Assembly (NCBI GenBank): GCA_016283195.1
Contig: JAEEML010000077.1
Coordinates: 1-39,240 of the forward strand
DNA from: Deltaproteobacteria bacterium
GTDB lineage: Bacteria; JAEEML01
Direction of reading: 5' to 3'
DNA: 39,240 bases
The notes under the pieces are model-generated. The model made no database searches. It was not told the DNA's origin and worked only from the letters and a program-made list of their open reading frames with translations. Numbering within the stretch: position 1 is the stretch's first letter; each line of letters opens with the position of its first letter. The position numbers were made by a program, and so were the translations under genes. Positions 17,564 through 27,100 of the stretch are shown piece after piece.

Positions 17564-19336
17564 ATGGCAGCCGAAGCATCTACCGACAATCAGTTATTTC
17601 ATATTGATGAAAGTGCGCCTTGGCTAAAAGAATCAAGCGGCTGGCCGGTGCAAGTGCCGAAAAATTTTGATTTTCCCAAAATTTCGCTTTATGAGATGCT
17701 GGCAAAAACAGCTAAAGAGCATAGCAAGCGGCCGGCGATGTGGTTTTTAGACCGCTTCATGAATTATAAAGAGTTCATAAGCCGCGTCGATGCCCTCTCC
17801 AGTGCTTTTGTAAAGCTGGGCCTCAAAAAAGGTGATGTCATTGCCCTGCTATTGCCCAATAGCTTTCAGTATGTCATCTCTTATTACGCCATTGCCCGGC
17901 TTGGCGGCATAATCACCGCTTGCAATCCCACTTATAAGCCGCTGGAGCTCCTTTATCAGCTTAGGGTAACGGGAGCCAAAGCCCTTATTTGCCTCGATGC
18001 TCTCTATGAAGGCACTGTTAAGCCGATTGCCGCCGAAGCCCATCTAGAGCATATTATCGCCACCAATATTGCCGATTTTATGTGCCCCATAAAGCGCTTT
18101 TTCGGCCGCCTTTTCGGCAAAATTCCCCATGCCAAAATGCCGCCGGAGGTGCTCTCATACAAAAAGCTTTTGGCCACCGCCGAAATAGCGCCGCCAACAG
18201 CCATTAATCCAATGGAAGATGTAGCGGCTTATCTTATGACGGGCGGGAGCACCGGCGTACCCAAAGCAGCCCAGCTCACCCACTTTAACTTGGTAAGCAA
18301 TGCCTTCCAGGCTAGGCTCTGGCTTTGGAAATCTGGCACCGGCTTTGGCGATATCGGCGTTTTACCCCTCTTCCATGCTTTTGCCATGAGCACGGTGATG
18401 AATACCCCCATCACCTGCGGCGGCTGGATTCTGCTCTTTCCCAAACCGCCTAAAATGGATGTGCTATGCAAAACCATTTGCCGCTTGGCTCCCCATGCCC
18501 TCGGCGATTTTGTCTTTTGCGGTGTGGAAGTGCTCTTTAAAAGGCTCATTGATTTCAAAGAGCTGGATCACTACCCAATCTATGGCAAACTTAGCCTCTG
18601 TGTGAGTGGTGCCGGCCCCTTGAATCCGGCTATCCAGGCCACTTTTGAGCAAAAACTGGGCAGCCGCTTGGTAGTCGGCTACGGCCTCACCGAAGCCAGC
18701 CCGGTAGTAAGCTGCGGCCCATTCTATGGCGAGCGGCGCCCGGAAAGCATCGGCCTCCCCTTTATTGGCACCAAGTGGAAAATTGTCGATATGGAAAACG
18801 GCGAAGAGGAATTGCCACCGGGGCCGGAAAATATCGGTGAGCTCATTGTCGCCGGCCCACAAGTAATGAAGGGCTACTTAAAAGCAAGCGAATTAGATAA
18901 CGATATCCGCGAGATAAACGGCGAGCGCTGGCTCTTTACCGGTGATTTGGGTTATATGGATGAAGCCGGCCGCGTCTATATCCGCGACCGCAAAAAGCAG
19001 CTCATCAAATACAAAGGCTATAGTGTCTTTCCCCAGGAAATCGAGTCGCTTTTAGCCAAACATCCGGCTATAGACGAAGTGGCCGTTGCCGGCCTGCCCG
19101 ACAGAGTTTCCAACGAAGTAATAAAAGCCTGGGTGGTTTTAAAGCCTGATTACAAAGGCCAGGTTACCGAAGACGATATCATAAGCTGGGCCAAAGAAAA
19201 CATGGCTCATCATAAAATCCCGCGCCTCGTGGAATTTCGCGATGAACTGCCCAAAAGCATTGTGGGCAAAGTCATGCGCCGCGAGCTTCGGGAAAACGAC
19301 CCTCTCTTCATTCACGCTAGCCAAGCCGACAATTAA
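17564..19336 (+). CDS. Long-chain fatty acid--CoA ligase (AMP-binding family)
   Basis: TGGSTGVPK, LPLFH, GYGLTEASP, GPQVMKGY, TGDLGYMD, LPKSIVGK. Confidence 0.9.
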   Translation: MAAEASTDNQLFHIDESAPWLKESSGWPVQVPKNFDFPKISLYEMLAKTAKEHSKRPAMWFLDRFMNYKEFISRVDALSSAFVKLGLKKGDVIALLLPNSFQYVISYYAIARLGGIITACNPTYKPLELLYQLRVTGAKALICLDALYEGTVKPIAAEAHLEHIIATNIADFMCPIKRFFGRLFGKIPHAKMPPEVLSYKKLLATAEIAPPTAINPMEDVAAYLMTGGSTGVPKAAQLTHFNLVSNAFQARLWLWKSGTGFGDIGVLPLFHAFAMSTVMNTPITCGGWILLFPKPPKMDVLCKTICRLAPHALGDFVFCGVEVLFKRLIDFKELDHYPIYGKLSLCVSGAGPLNPAIQATFEQKLGSRLVVGYGLTEASPVVSCGPFYGERRPESIGLPFIGTKWKIVDMENGEEELPPGPENIGELIVAGPQVMKGYLKASELDNDIREINGERWLFTGDLGYMDEAGRVYIRDRKKQLIKYKGYSVFPQEIESLLAKHPAIDEVAVAGLPDRVSNEVIKAWVVLKPDYKGQVTEDDIISWAKENMAHHKIPRLVEFRDELPKSIVGKVMRRELRENDPLFIHASQADN

Positions 19337-19428
19337 AAATTGCCTTTCCACACCTTGATAAAAGATTAAGTGTGCACTAAATATTTGAGCGGATACCTTT
19401 TTGGCTATCACTTTAGGCGGAGGAAAAC

Positions 19429-20436
19429 ATGACTACAGCCGATCGCGATGTAAAATACCCTATAGAGCCCTCTTTTAAAGCATCTTTACTCATAACCGCC
19501 ATGGTGGCACTGGCCCCCATGATGGCCGCTTTTTTTTGGGCCGGCGGGCAAAAGGATTTATCGCGATTTTCTACTATTATTTTCGGCAATTGGATTTCTC
19601 CTTTTATCTTTTGGCTTTTTGCCGCCACCATCTTTTACCTATGGCGCAAAAAACGCCTTTTCATTGTAGAAAAAAGAGCTACAGGAACTCTTATAGATAT
19701 CTATAGAGAAATAACCAATAATCAAAGCGGTGAAGCGGAGCCGCAACCAAGTGCGAACGATCTATCCTCTGCCCTCCTGGCTAAGGAGCCCGATGCCAGC
19801 CCCGATAACCTTTTAATAAGCCGCTTAAAATTTCGGGAACAATCAGGATTAACAGGCTCAACGCTGACGGATCTTCTGGCTGAAAGCGAAGCTAGCGCCA
19901 TGGAGGGCTCTTATGCTATGGCCCATTTTTCTGTCTGGGCTATTCCCATTTTAGGCTTTATCGGCACTGTCTGGGGCATCAGCGGCGCCGTCTCCGGTTT
20001 TTCTCAGGCTATGTCCGGCCAAAGCAGCGCAGCCGGTATTTCCGAAGCTTTAAAAGAGACTCTGCCACTTGTTACAGCCAACCTGGCTACAGCTTTTGAC
20101 ACCACCTTTTTGGCCCTCATTTTGAGTTTGCCGCTTATGTATATGATAACCACCCTGGAAAAAGCGGAAAACAGCTATTTAAAGCAGCTCGCTGAATGGT
20201 CGGCACAAACGTTTTCCGGCCATTCAACTGCTAAAAGTGCAGATTTTATTCAAAATTCTCCGGTACAAAGCGCTCCCACTCAGGCAGCACCTATGGCGCA
20301 GTCTCCCCAAGCTCCGGTAAACCAGGAATTAAGCGCTTTAACCATGCAAATAGATGCCCTAAGGCGCACCATGCAGGATTTAAGCCAATTATTATTTGCA
20401 CTTAAAGAACAGGAAATTGGGAGCCCCAAATTATGA
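19429..20436 (+). CDS. MotA/TolQ/ExbB proton channel family protein
   Basis: WAIPILGFIGTVWGI and LATAFDTTFLAL motifs; extra N-terminal TM segments and a C-terminal coiled-coil-like tail; GGAGG RBS. Confidence 0.85.
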   Translation: MTTADRDVKYPIEPSFKASLLITAMVALAPMMAAFFWAGGQKDLSRFSTIIFGNWISPFIFWLFAATIFYLWRKKRLFIVEKRATGTLIDIYREITNNQSGEAEPQPSANDLSSALLAKEPDASPDNLLISRLKFREQSGLTGSTLTDLLAESEASAMEGSYAMAHFSVWAIPILGFIGTVWGISGAVSGFSQAMSGQSSAAGISEALKETLPLVTANLATAFDTTFLALILSLPLMYMITTLEKAENSYLKQLAEWSAQTFSGHSTAKSADFIQNSPVQSAPTQAAPMAQSPQAPVNQELSALTMQIDALRRTMQDLSQLLFALKEQEIGSPKL

Positions 20437-21041
20437 AACGCCGCCGGCGCTTAAAAGTTCCTGCCCTGGATCTCTTCCCTTTTTTAAGCATTTTTTTGTG
20501 CATTATGGGCATATTAGCCTTTTTGGAAACACTGATGGCTACTGCTTCCGGCAAAGCCTCAAAAATAGAAATTAAGCCGGGAAAGTTTTTGCAGCAGGCT
20601 ACGCCGTACCAAATATTCTGCCTGCCTGACGGCCTGGTAATTCTGCCGCCGGTGAGCGAAATAAAAGCCCTGGCCGCTACTTTGAAAAGCCCCAAAGATC
20701 GCCAGAGAGTTACAGCCATTGCCGAGAAGCGCGATAAAGTTTTGGCGGGATATAATCCGCATGAGCGCCATAAGGGCCGCCTTTTAAGCGATGAAGAAAT
20801 ATCTGCTCTCTTGGAAGAGATGGTGGAAATAAACAATATCGCCAAAAATAATGACAGCTTATATGAAGAAACTCTGCTTTTTGGCATTTACCCGGCAGGC
20901 AGTGCGCATTTTCACAATTTTCGCCGCGTAATGTATGATACTCGCTTTGAAGGGCTAAAAAAAGGTTATGAAATACTCGATAGCGACTGGCAATTTGTCA
21001 TTCCTAGTGCCGCAGGCCAAACAGCGGAGGGTGCGCTATGA
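20433..21041 (+). CDS. ExbD/TolR-like single-pass membrane protein (divergent)
   Basis: ATGA overlap with the upstream gene; basic N-terminus then LDLFPFLSIFLCIMGIL TM segment and a periplasmic domain. Confidence 0.55.
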   Translation: MKRRRRLKVPALDLFPFLSIFLCIMGILAFLETLMATASGKASKIEIKPGKFLQQATPYQIFCLPDGLVILPPVSEIKALAATLKSPKDRQRVTAIAEKRDKVLAGYNPHERHKGRLLSDEEISALLEEMVEINNIAKNNDSLYEETLLFGIYPAGSAHFHNFRRVMYDTRFEGLKKGYEILDSDWQFVIPSAAGQTAEGAL

Positions 21042-21652
21042 AAATCCGCATGAATTTGGATTCATTAACCGATTTAGTCTCCAATTCCATCGGCATGCTC
21101 ATTCTCTTTTCCCTCATTACTCTGACACAAAACGAGCAGCAAGTTTATAAAATAGAAGTTCCGGTGGAGCACATGACCAAACTGGCGCCAAAATTTTTCA
21201 TCTGCCGGCACAATAAGATTATCCCCCTGGAACTTGGCTGGCTTTTCCAGCGCAGCATGGCCCACATCGCCCAGATTCAGGACGAAAACTGGTTTGACCT
21301 CGGAATCGGTAATTTAAAGGGGCGTATTCCTCTGCGGAAAGGTCTGGTCATCGATTCACCTGATACCTCCTCATGGGAAGATGGGGAGCTGATTGAGCAT
21401 CCCCGCAGTCAAATTCATAAAGCACTCTCAGAAATTGACCCCAATATTAATTTTGCCTTTTTTTTCGTCTATGACGATCCGCAAAACGATAAATATGCCG
21501 GTAGCGGTTTTGAGGCTTACCGTAAAGCGCGCGCTTTTTTACAGGAGCACGGCGTAAAATCCGGTTGGGTACCGGTTTCCAAAAACAATCCGCCACATAT
21601 TTGTTTCTGGAGTGATGTTTTGGAGTGTCGCTTCCGTCCATCGCATCTGTGA
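21038..21652 (+). CDS. Second ExbD/TolR-like single-pass membrane protein
   Basis: ATGA overlap; NLDSLTDLVSNSIGMLIL TM segment with Asp; C-terminus resembles that of the preceding ORF. Confidence 0.55.
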   Translation: MKIRMNLDSLTDLVSNSIGMLILFSLITLTQNEQQVYKIEVPVEHMTKLAPKFFICRHNKIIPLELGWLFQRSMAHIAQIQDENWFDLGIGNLKGRIPLRKGLVIDSPDTSSWEDGELIEHPRSQIHKALSEIDPNINFAFFFVYDDPQNDKYAGSGFEAYRKARAFLQEHGVKSGWVPVSKNNPPHICFWSDVLECRFRPSHL

Positions 21653-21659
21653 GGCCCAA

Positions 21660-23453
21660 ATGGAGCAAAATTTTACTTATTTAAAAAGCATTTTTAATCT
21701 CCCGGCCGATGCTCCGCTGGAAGATATTTTGGCCAAACTGAATGAAGTGCAAAAGGAGAATAAAGAACCGTGGTTCACTCTGCTGCGCGGCGAGGTTTTA
21801 GAAGAATTAAAAGAGCAAAGCGCAGCTAAAAATGCCTATAAAGAAACTAATAACCTGGTTAGCCAAAGAATAATTACCCGCCTTAAAGCAGTAAGTCAGG
21901 CTTTAAAAGAATTAAGTACTTCATTAAGGCGGCAGCTCATTTTTGCTTCAATCGCCACAGCTCTGGCCATTGCCATGCCGCTTATTTTGCTGTCGGCCAA
22001 TAAAGTGATGGAATCGGGATTATCCATAAAAGATAACCACTACACTCTGACAAGCACCAGCGCGGCAGATGAGCTTGATGGGCTCAATTTTGCCCGCTGG
22101 TTCTATGAACTTACGATCGCGGAAAATGGCCCGCAAAATGATAACGCTAAAGCCGGACACCTCTCTTTTGAGCTGGGCGGCGGTTCTCAAGGCGGCGGTT
22201 CTCAGGGCGGCGGTTCTCAAGGTAACACTACTCAAGGTCCAGCCGGAGGCAGCAATCAGGGCAGCGCTCAAAACGGCACTTCTCCGGCTACGGCCGGAGA
22301 CAGCTCAAAAGGCAGCTCTTCGGGCAACACTGCTCCGGATACGGTCGGCGGCGGCTTTAAAAGCGACAGTGCTCCTGGCAGCACTCCTCCGGCTACGGCC
22401 GGGAGTTCCGACAAAGCGGGAAAAGGTAAAACACGCGGCGATACACTGAAATTTACTGCCCGCCACACCATATCCCCTCCCTTTGTCTGCCCGGAGGTTG
22501 AACTCCTTTGCACCAAGGAAGAAGTGCCAGACTTAAATAAACCATGGCGAACACAACTCATGGATCTTTTTCACCTGGATAATATTTATTTTTCCTACAG
22601 CGAAAATTGTGCGGCCATGAGCCATAATATAGATGTTTTCACATCCGGCTATGGTTGGCACCTAGCAGAGCGCGAAGTTAAATGCGATGTCGAAGCCAGA
22701 GTTGCCAGCTGTTTTTACAAAGCTAATGAATATCAAAAAGCGGCCGAACACGCCAGAAGAGCCATCTGTTCCGGCCTAAACGAAGCCTTGGCGGCAATGA
22801 ATATTTTGGCCACTATAGCCAAAAAGAATAACGATAAAGAGTTGGTAAAACGCTATATAACCTGCATGGATCGCTTTAGCACTTATTACCAAAACACTAT
22901 GACGGTAAACGCTTACACCGCTTATAACCACCTGGCTGCTGGGGCTTACGCTTGGGAACTGAATAATGACCTTGTAGCCCTCGTCCGCCATACTGATTTG
23001 GCGGAGAAAATACTGCCCAAAGCGCCAAAAACTGTGTTTCTCGAAATGGTTGGCAGCATGATTAAATACCATAAAATGATGATTTCCGCCATTAAAGGTG
23101 AAAGCGACAACAAATTTTATCCCCTCATGCACAACTCTATGAATACTCCTTGGAATGACGAACGCGATCTATTGCATACACACATTTACAACTTCACCCG
23201 CCTAATGCTACGGCGCGATCATAAAGAAGCCCAAAAGAGCTTTGAACAGATACTGGCCCGCTATCGCGATATGGCCGAATACGACGAAAAAGAGCCCTTT
23301 ATGGGCCTAAACAGTCTAGTAAAAAACAGCAAGTCGCTCTCCAAAGAAGAAGCGCAGCAAATGGCTGCCTTTTTCCAAATACTAGACGGCAAAAAAGATG
23401 GTAGCAAAGTGCAAAAAATGGAAAAAATAGGCCAGTTTATTAAAAGCCTTTGA
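21660..23453 (+). CDS. Membrane-anchored protein with Gly/Ser-rich linker and TPR-like helical domain
   Basis: Helical N-terminus, one TM (LIFASIATALAIAMPLILL), ~90 aa G/S/T/Q linker, then helical repeats (VASCFYKANEYQKAAEHARRA). Start ATG 21660 after GAGG. Confidence 0.65.
   Translation: MEQNFTYLKSIFNLPADAPLEDILAKLNEVQKENKEPWFTLLRGEVLEELKEQSAAKNAYKETNNLVSQRIITRLKAVSQALKELSTSLRRQLIFASIATALAIAMPLILLSANKVMESGLSIKDNHYTLTSTSAADELDGLNFARWFYELTIAENGPQNDNAKAGHLSFELGGGSQGGGSQGGGSQGNTTQGPAGGSNQGSAQNGTSPATAGDSSKGSSSGNTAPDTVGGGFKSDSAPGSTPPATAGSSDKAGKGKTRGDTLKFTARHTISPPFVCPEVELLCTKEEVPDLNKPWRTQLMDLFHLDNIYFSYSENCAAMSHNIDVFTSGYGWHLAEREVKCDVEARVASCFYKANEYQKAAEHARRAICSGLNEALAAMNILATIAKKNNDKELVKRYITCMDRFSTYYQNTMTVNAYTAYNHLAAGAYAWELNNDLVALVRHTDLAEKILPKAPKTVFLEMVGSMIKYHKMMISAIKGESDNKFYPLMHNSMNTPWNDERDLLHTHIYNFTRLMLRRDHKEAQKSFEQILARYRDMAEYDEKEPFMGLNSLVKNSKSLSKEEAQQMAAFFQILDGKKDGSKVQKMEKIGQFIKSL
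22176..22220 (+). repeat. In-frame 15-bp tandem repeat x3 encoding GGGSQ
   Basis: GGCGGCGGTTCTCAA GGCGGCGGTTCTCAG GGCGGCGGTTCTCAA. Confidence 0.95.
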
Positions 23454-23503
23454 GGTTTTGCAAGAGCTAAATTCCCACCTCTGAAACTTTTGGTGTTTCG
23501 GCG

Positions 23504-24160
23504 CTAGCAGCCCCTGATACTATTAATGGCCGCCGCCATGTCCGAAGCTTTAAAAACTGCCGTCCCGGCCACCAGCATAGTAGCGCCCGCTTCACGCACC
23601 AGAGGCGCTGTCTCCGGAGTAATGCCTCCATCCACCTCGATTTGGGTATTAAGGCCGTTTTTCTCTATATAATCCCTAAGCGAGGCAATTTTAGGCAGCA
23701 TTTCTTTGATAAAAGCCTGGCCCCCAAAACCGGGATTCACGGTCATAATTAGCACATGGTGCAGCATTGGAATAATGGGCTCGATAGACTGCCAGGGAGT
23801 GTGGGGGTTAAGAGCCACGGCCGCTTTGACTCCGGCAGCTTCTATCTGCTTAATAAGACGATGTAAATGAATAACAACCTCAGCATGAACAGAAATCATA
23901 TTAGCACCGGCTTTTATATATTCTTCCACCATTTGCTGCGGCTCGTTAATCATGAGATGCACATCGATGGGCACAGTGCTTACCTTTTTCATGGCCTTTA
24001 AAATTGGCGGGCCAAAGGTCAAATTGGGAGTAAAATGGCCGTCCATAACATCATAGTGCAAAATATCGGCGCCGGCGGCGATAACGGCACTTATTTCTTC
24101 CCCAAAACGCAGGGGGTCGGCCGAAAGAAGCGAGGGGGCAACTATTACTTTGCGCTGCAT
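23504..24160 (-). CDS. rpe: Ribulose-phosphate 3-epimerase
   Basis: APSLLSAD, HYDVMDGHF.PNLTFG, DVHLM, MTVNPGFGGQ, IEVDGG. Start ATG 24160 after GAGG. Confidence 0.97.
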   Translation of the reverse strand: MQRKVIVAPSLLSADPLRFGEEISAVIAAGADILHYDVMDGHFTPNLTFGPPILKAMKKVSTVPIDVHLMINEPQQMVEEYIKAGANMISVHAEVVIHLHRLIKQIEAAGVKAAVALNPHTPWQSIEPIIPMLHHVLIMTVNPGFGGQAFIKEMLPKIASLRDYIEKNGLNTQIEVDGGITPETAPLVREAGATMLVAGTAVFKASDMAAAINSIRGC

Positions 24161-24204
24161 AATTAACCTCTTGCGCCCTAGCCGTCTAGGCCGGGCTTTA
24201 AAAT

Positions 24205-26883
24205 TCAAAGCATTTCTTTTAATTTATACAAAAATTCCAGAGCCTTGCGCGGGCTCAAATCATCAACATCCACCTTTTTAAGGGCCTTTTCCACTGCGCT
24301 CGGCACTTCTTCGGCAAAAAATGATAACTGGCGGCTTGGCTCCTTTACAGGCTGTGGAACCGCCTCCGCTTTTCCTGCCAAATTACTAATAATTTCATGC
24401 TGTTTAGTGCTATTAACCGCTTCCAAATGGGCGAGTAGCTCATTACTGCGGGCAATAAGATCCGGCGGCAGGCCGGCTAATCTAGCCACCTGAATACCGT
24501 AAGACCTACTGGCAGCCCCGGCTTCCAGGCGGCGCAAGAAGATGATCTCATCATTCATTTCGCGCACTAATACATTAAAATTCTTGGCTTTTTTTTGCTC
24601 TTTGGTGATAGCGGTGAGCTCATGATAATGGGTGGCAAAGAGGGTTAAAGCGCCGCACCTATCCAAAAGGTATTCGGCAATGGCCCTGGCGATGGAGAGG
24701 CCGTCATAAGTGCTGGTGCCCCGCCCTATTTCGTCCAGAATAATGAGCGAGCGCGGAGTGGCTTCGCGCAAAATAGTGGCTGTTTCACACATTTCCACCA
24801 TAAAGGTGGATTGCCCCTTGTGCAAAATATCGCTGGCGCCCACGCGGGTAAAGATGCGATCGCGGATGCCGATTTCCGCAGCTTCTGCGGGCACAAAAGA
24901 GCCCATGTGGGCCATGAGGGTGATAAGAGCCACCTGGCGCATAATGGTGGATTTACCGGCCATATTGGGGCCGGTGATGATGAGTAGCTGGTTATTCTCG
25001 CCGTCTAGGTGGCAATCGTTGGCAATAAAGCGCTCGCCCAGTTGGCGCGAAAGGCGCTCGATAACCGGATGGCGGCCGGCCGTGATGGAAATAGTGTTTT
25101 CCTCGGTGAGCCTCGGACGGCAATAATTCCACTCGGCCGCCACTTCGGCGAGCGAAAGATAGCCGTCGAGCTCGCCCAGCAGCGTGGCAGTGACTCTGAT
25201 GCGCCCGGTGAGCGGCAAAAGCTCAGCCAAAAGATTCTGATAAAGCTCCTGCTCCAAAGCAGAAAGGCGCTCCTCAGCCGAAAGCACTTTATCTTCCAAA
25301 ACTTTGAGCTCTTCGGTGATATAGCGCTCACCATTGACCGTGGTCTGGCGGCGCATATAAGATTTTGGCACCTCGGCAGCCCTGGCCCGTGGCACCTCAA
25401 TATAATAGCCAAAAACTTTGTTATAGCGGATGCGCAGCGTATTTATGCCCGTTTTTTGCCGCTCTTTATCGGCCATGCCCAGGATTATCTCGCGGCCGTT
25501 TTGTTGCAGGCGGCGGCACTCATCAAGCTCTTTATTATAGCCTTCGTTAAAGATTTCGCCGCCGCCGATGAGGCCCATGGGCTCAGGCCGGATGGCCCGC
25601 CGCAATATGGCCAGAATATCCTCTAATTTATCAATGCGGCGGGCCAGGCGCTGCAATGGTGCCGGGGCGGCATCTTGGAGCAAATAATCCACCAGCGGGC
25701 CGATAACGGCCAGTGAGGCACTGAGAGCCGCCAAATCGCGCGGCGTGGCCATTTTAGCCGCCAATTTGCCGTTAAGCCGCTCCAGGTCGGCAATTTGGCT
25801 AAAAAATTCCGCCGCTTTGTGGCGCACATCGCCGTTATCAAAAAAAGCTTCCACCAAATCGGCCCGCTCATTTATGGCCGCTATGGAAGTTAAGGGATAC
25901 AAAAGCCACTGCTTAATAGCCCGGCTGCCCATGGGCGTCTTGGCATGGTCAAGATGCCAAAAGAGCGAGCCGTTATGGGCATTATCGTAGCTTGTGCGTA
26001 TGAGTTCCAAGTTGCGCCGGCAGGTTTCGTCTATTTGCATAAAGGCCGTAATTTCATATACTTCCGGCAACTCGATATGCATGGGCAAGCTGCCCAAAGT
26101 CTCGGCCAAATAAGCCAAAACGCCGGTAGTCACCATAGCTAGAAGCGGCTCACTCTCTTGCCAGGAAGCCAACTTTTCTTCCCAAATCTGGGGCAACTTT
26201 TCCGCCCCGCCGTAGCTATTAAAATAGCTCTCAGCGCGCACTGTAATAGCCGCATTTAAGCCATAAACTTCTTTATAATGCTCTGCCTCAGCCTTTTGGC
26301 CGCTGGGGACTATCAGCTCGCGCGGCATAACACGGCCAAGCTCGTCAAAAATGGTGGTTATAAGCGCACTTTTGGTCACTTTGAAGTGGCCGGTCAGCAT
26401 ATCGAGAAGCGCCAGGCCAAAGCCTTCCCCCAGAGCGGCAATAACAGCCAAATAACTCACCTCTTTGGCATTCATGCTCTGGGCATCGGTGGCCGTAGCC
26501 GGAGTAATAACCCGGGTAACCTCGCGTTTTACAATGCCTTTAGCAAAACGCGGGTCTTCCATTTGGTCGCACATGGCCACTTTAAAGCCGGCAGCCAAAA
26601 GGCGGCTCACATAGCTATCTATAGCATGGTGCGGCACCCCGGCCATGGGCAGGGAATCTTCCGATTTATCTCTCTCTCTGGTGGTTAAGGTTAAATCAAG
26701 TACCTTGGAAGCCACCCGGGCATCATCACCGAAAAGCTCGTAAAAATCGCCCATTCTAAAGAGCAATAATGCTTCTGGATGCTCGGCTTTAGCTTGAAAA
26801 TACTGACGCATAGCCGGGGTGAGCTGCTTTTTCCCTTCCCCGGCAAGTTCGTTATCTGGTTCTGCTTGTTGCGCTTTCGACAT
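24205..26883 (-). CDS. mutS: DNA mismatch repair protein MutS
   Basis: TPAMRQY, FRMGDFYELF, GRHPVIE, TGPNMAGKST, STFMVEM, DEIGRGTST, FATHYHEL, SYGIQVA. Start approximate. Confidence 0.98.
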   Translation of the reverse strand: MSKAQQAEPDNELAGEGKKQLTPAMRQYFQAKAEHPEALLLFRMGDFYELFGDDARVASKVLDLTLTTRERDKSEDSLPMAGVPHHAIDSYVSRLLAAGFKVAMCDQMEDPRFAKGIVKREVTRVITPATATDAQSMNAKEVSYLAVIAALGEGFGLALLDMLTGHFKVTKSALITTIFDELGRVMPRELIVPSGQKAEAEHYKEVYGLNAAITVRAESYFNSYGGAEKLPQIWEEKLASWQESEPLLAMVTTGVLAYLAETLGSLPMHIELPEVYEITAFMQIDETCRRNLELIRTSYDNAHNGSLFWHLDHAKTPMGSRAIKQWLLYPLTSIAAINERADLVEAFFDNGDVRHKAAEFFSQIADLERLNGKLAAKMATPRDLAALSASLAVIGPLVDYLLQDAAPAPLQRLARRIDKLEDILAILRRAIRPEPMGLIGGGEIFNEGYNKELDECRRLQQNGREIILGMADKERQKTGINTLRIRYNKVFGYYIEVPRARAAEVPKSYMRRQTTVNGERYITEELKVLEDKVLSAEERLSALEQELYQNLLAELLPLTGRIRVTATLLGELDGYLSLAEVAAEWNYCRPRLTEENTISITAGRHPVIERLSRQLGERFIANDCHLDGENNQLLIITGPNMAGKSTIMRQVALITLMAHMGSFVPAEAAEIGIRDRIFTRVGASDILHKGQSTFMVEMCETATILREATPRSLIILDEIGRGTSTYDGLSIARAIAEYLLDRCGALTLFATHYHELTAITKEQKKAKNFNVLVREMNDEIIFLRRLEAGAASRSYGIQVARLAGLPPDLIARSNELLAHLEAVNSTKQHEIISNLAGKAEAVPQPVKEPSRQLSFFAEEVPSAVEKALKKVDVDDLSPRKALEFLYKLKEML

Positions 26884-26999
26884 CTTTCTGCCAACACCTC
26901 CGCCAAGAGCCTTAGCACATTTTTTGGCTTTTCGCCCTAGTTTTTCGGCGCTTTTTAAATATCCTGGCCCTGGAGCCCGCCTCAGAAGCAAAACCAAGC

Positions 27000-27087
27000 A
27001 AAATACTCTGCGCACTGCCCAAGATTTTAGAAAAAAATACTTTGCGCACTGCCCAAGATTTTGCTAAAAAATACTTTGCGCACTGCC
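27000..27087 (+). repeat. 34-bp tandem direct repeat (about 2.6 copies) upstream of the AAA ATPase gene
   Basis: AAAATACTCTGCGCACTGCCCAAGATTTTAGAAA / AAAATACTTTGCGCACTGCCCAAGATTTTGCTAA / AAAATACTTTGCGCACTGCC; period exactly 34. Confidence 0.95.
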
Positions 27088-27100
27088 TCCGGAGGGAGTT

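Noticed and set aside
19429-21652. Zorya ZorAB or flagellar MotAB
   Set aside because: No very long ZorA-type tail, no OmpA-like domain in the partners, and no zorC/D/E or flagellar genes nearby.
26884-27015. Long N-terminal extension of MutS in the ORF track (similar extensions for murI, secA, pfp, rpe and the 970-2364 ORF)
   Set aside because: Artefacts of longest-ORF calling; downstream starts fit RBS positions or family N-termini better.
27000-27087. Possible mini CRISPR array
   Set aside because: Units are contiguous with no unique spacers, and no cas genes are present.
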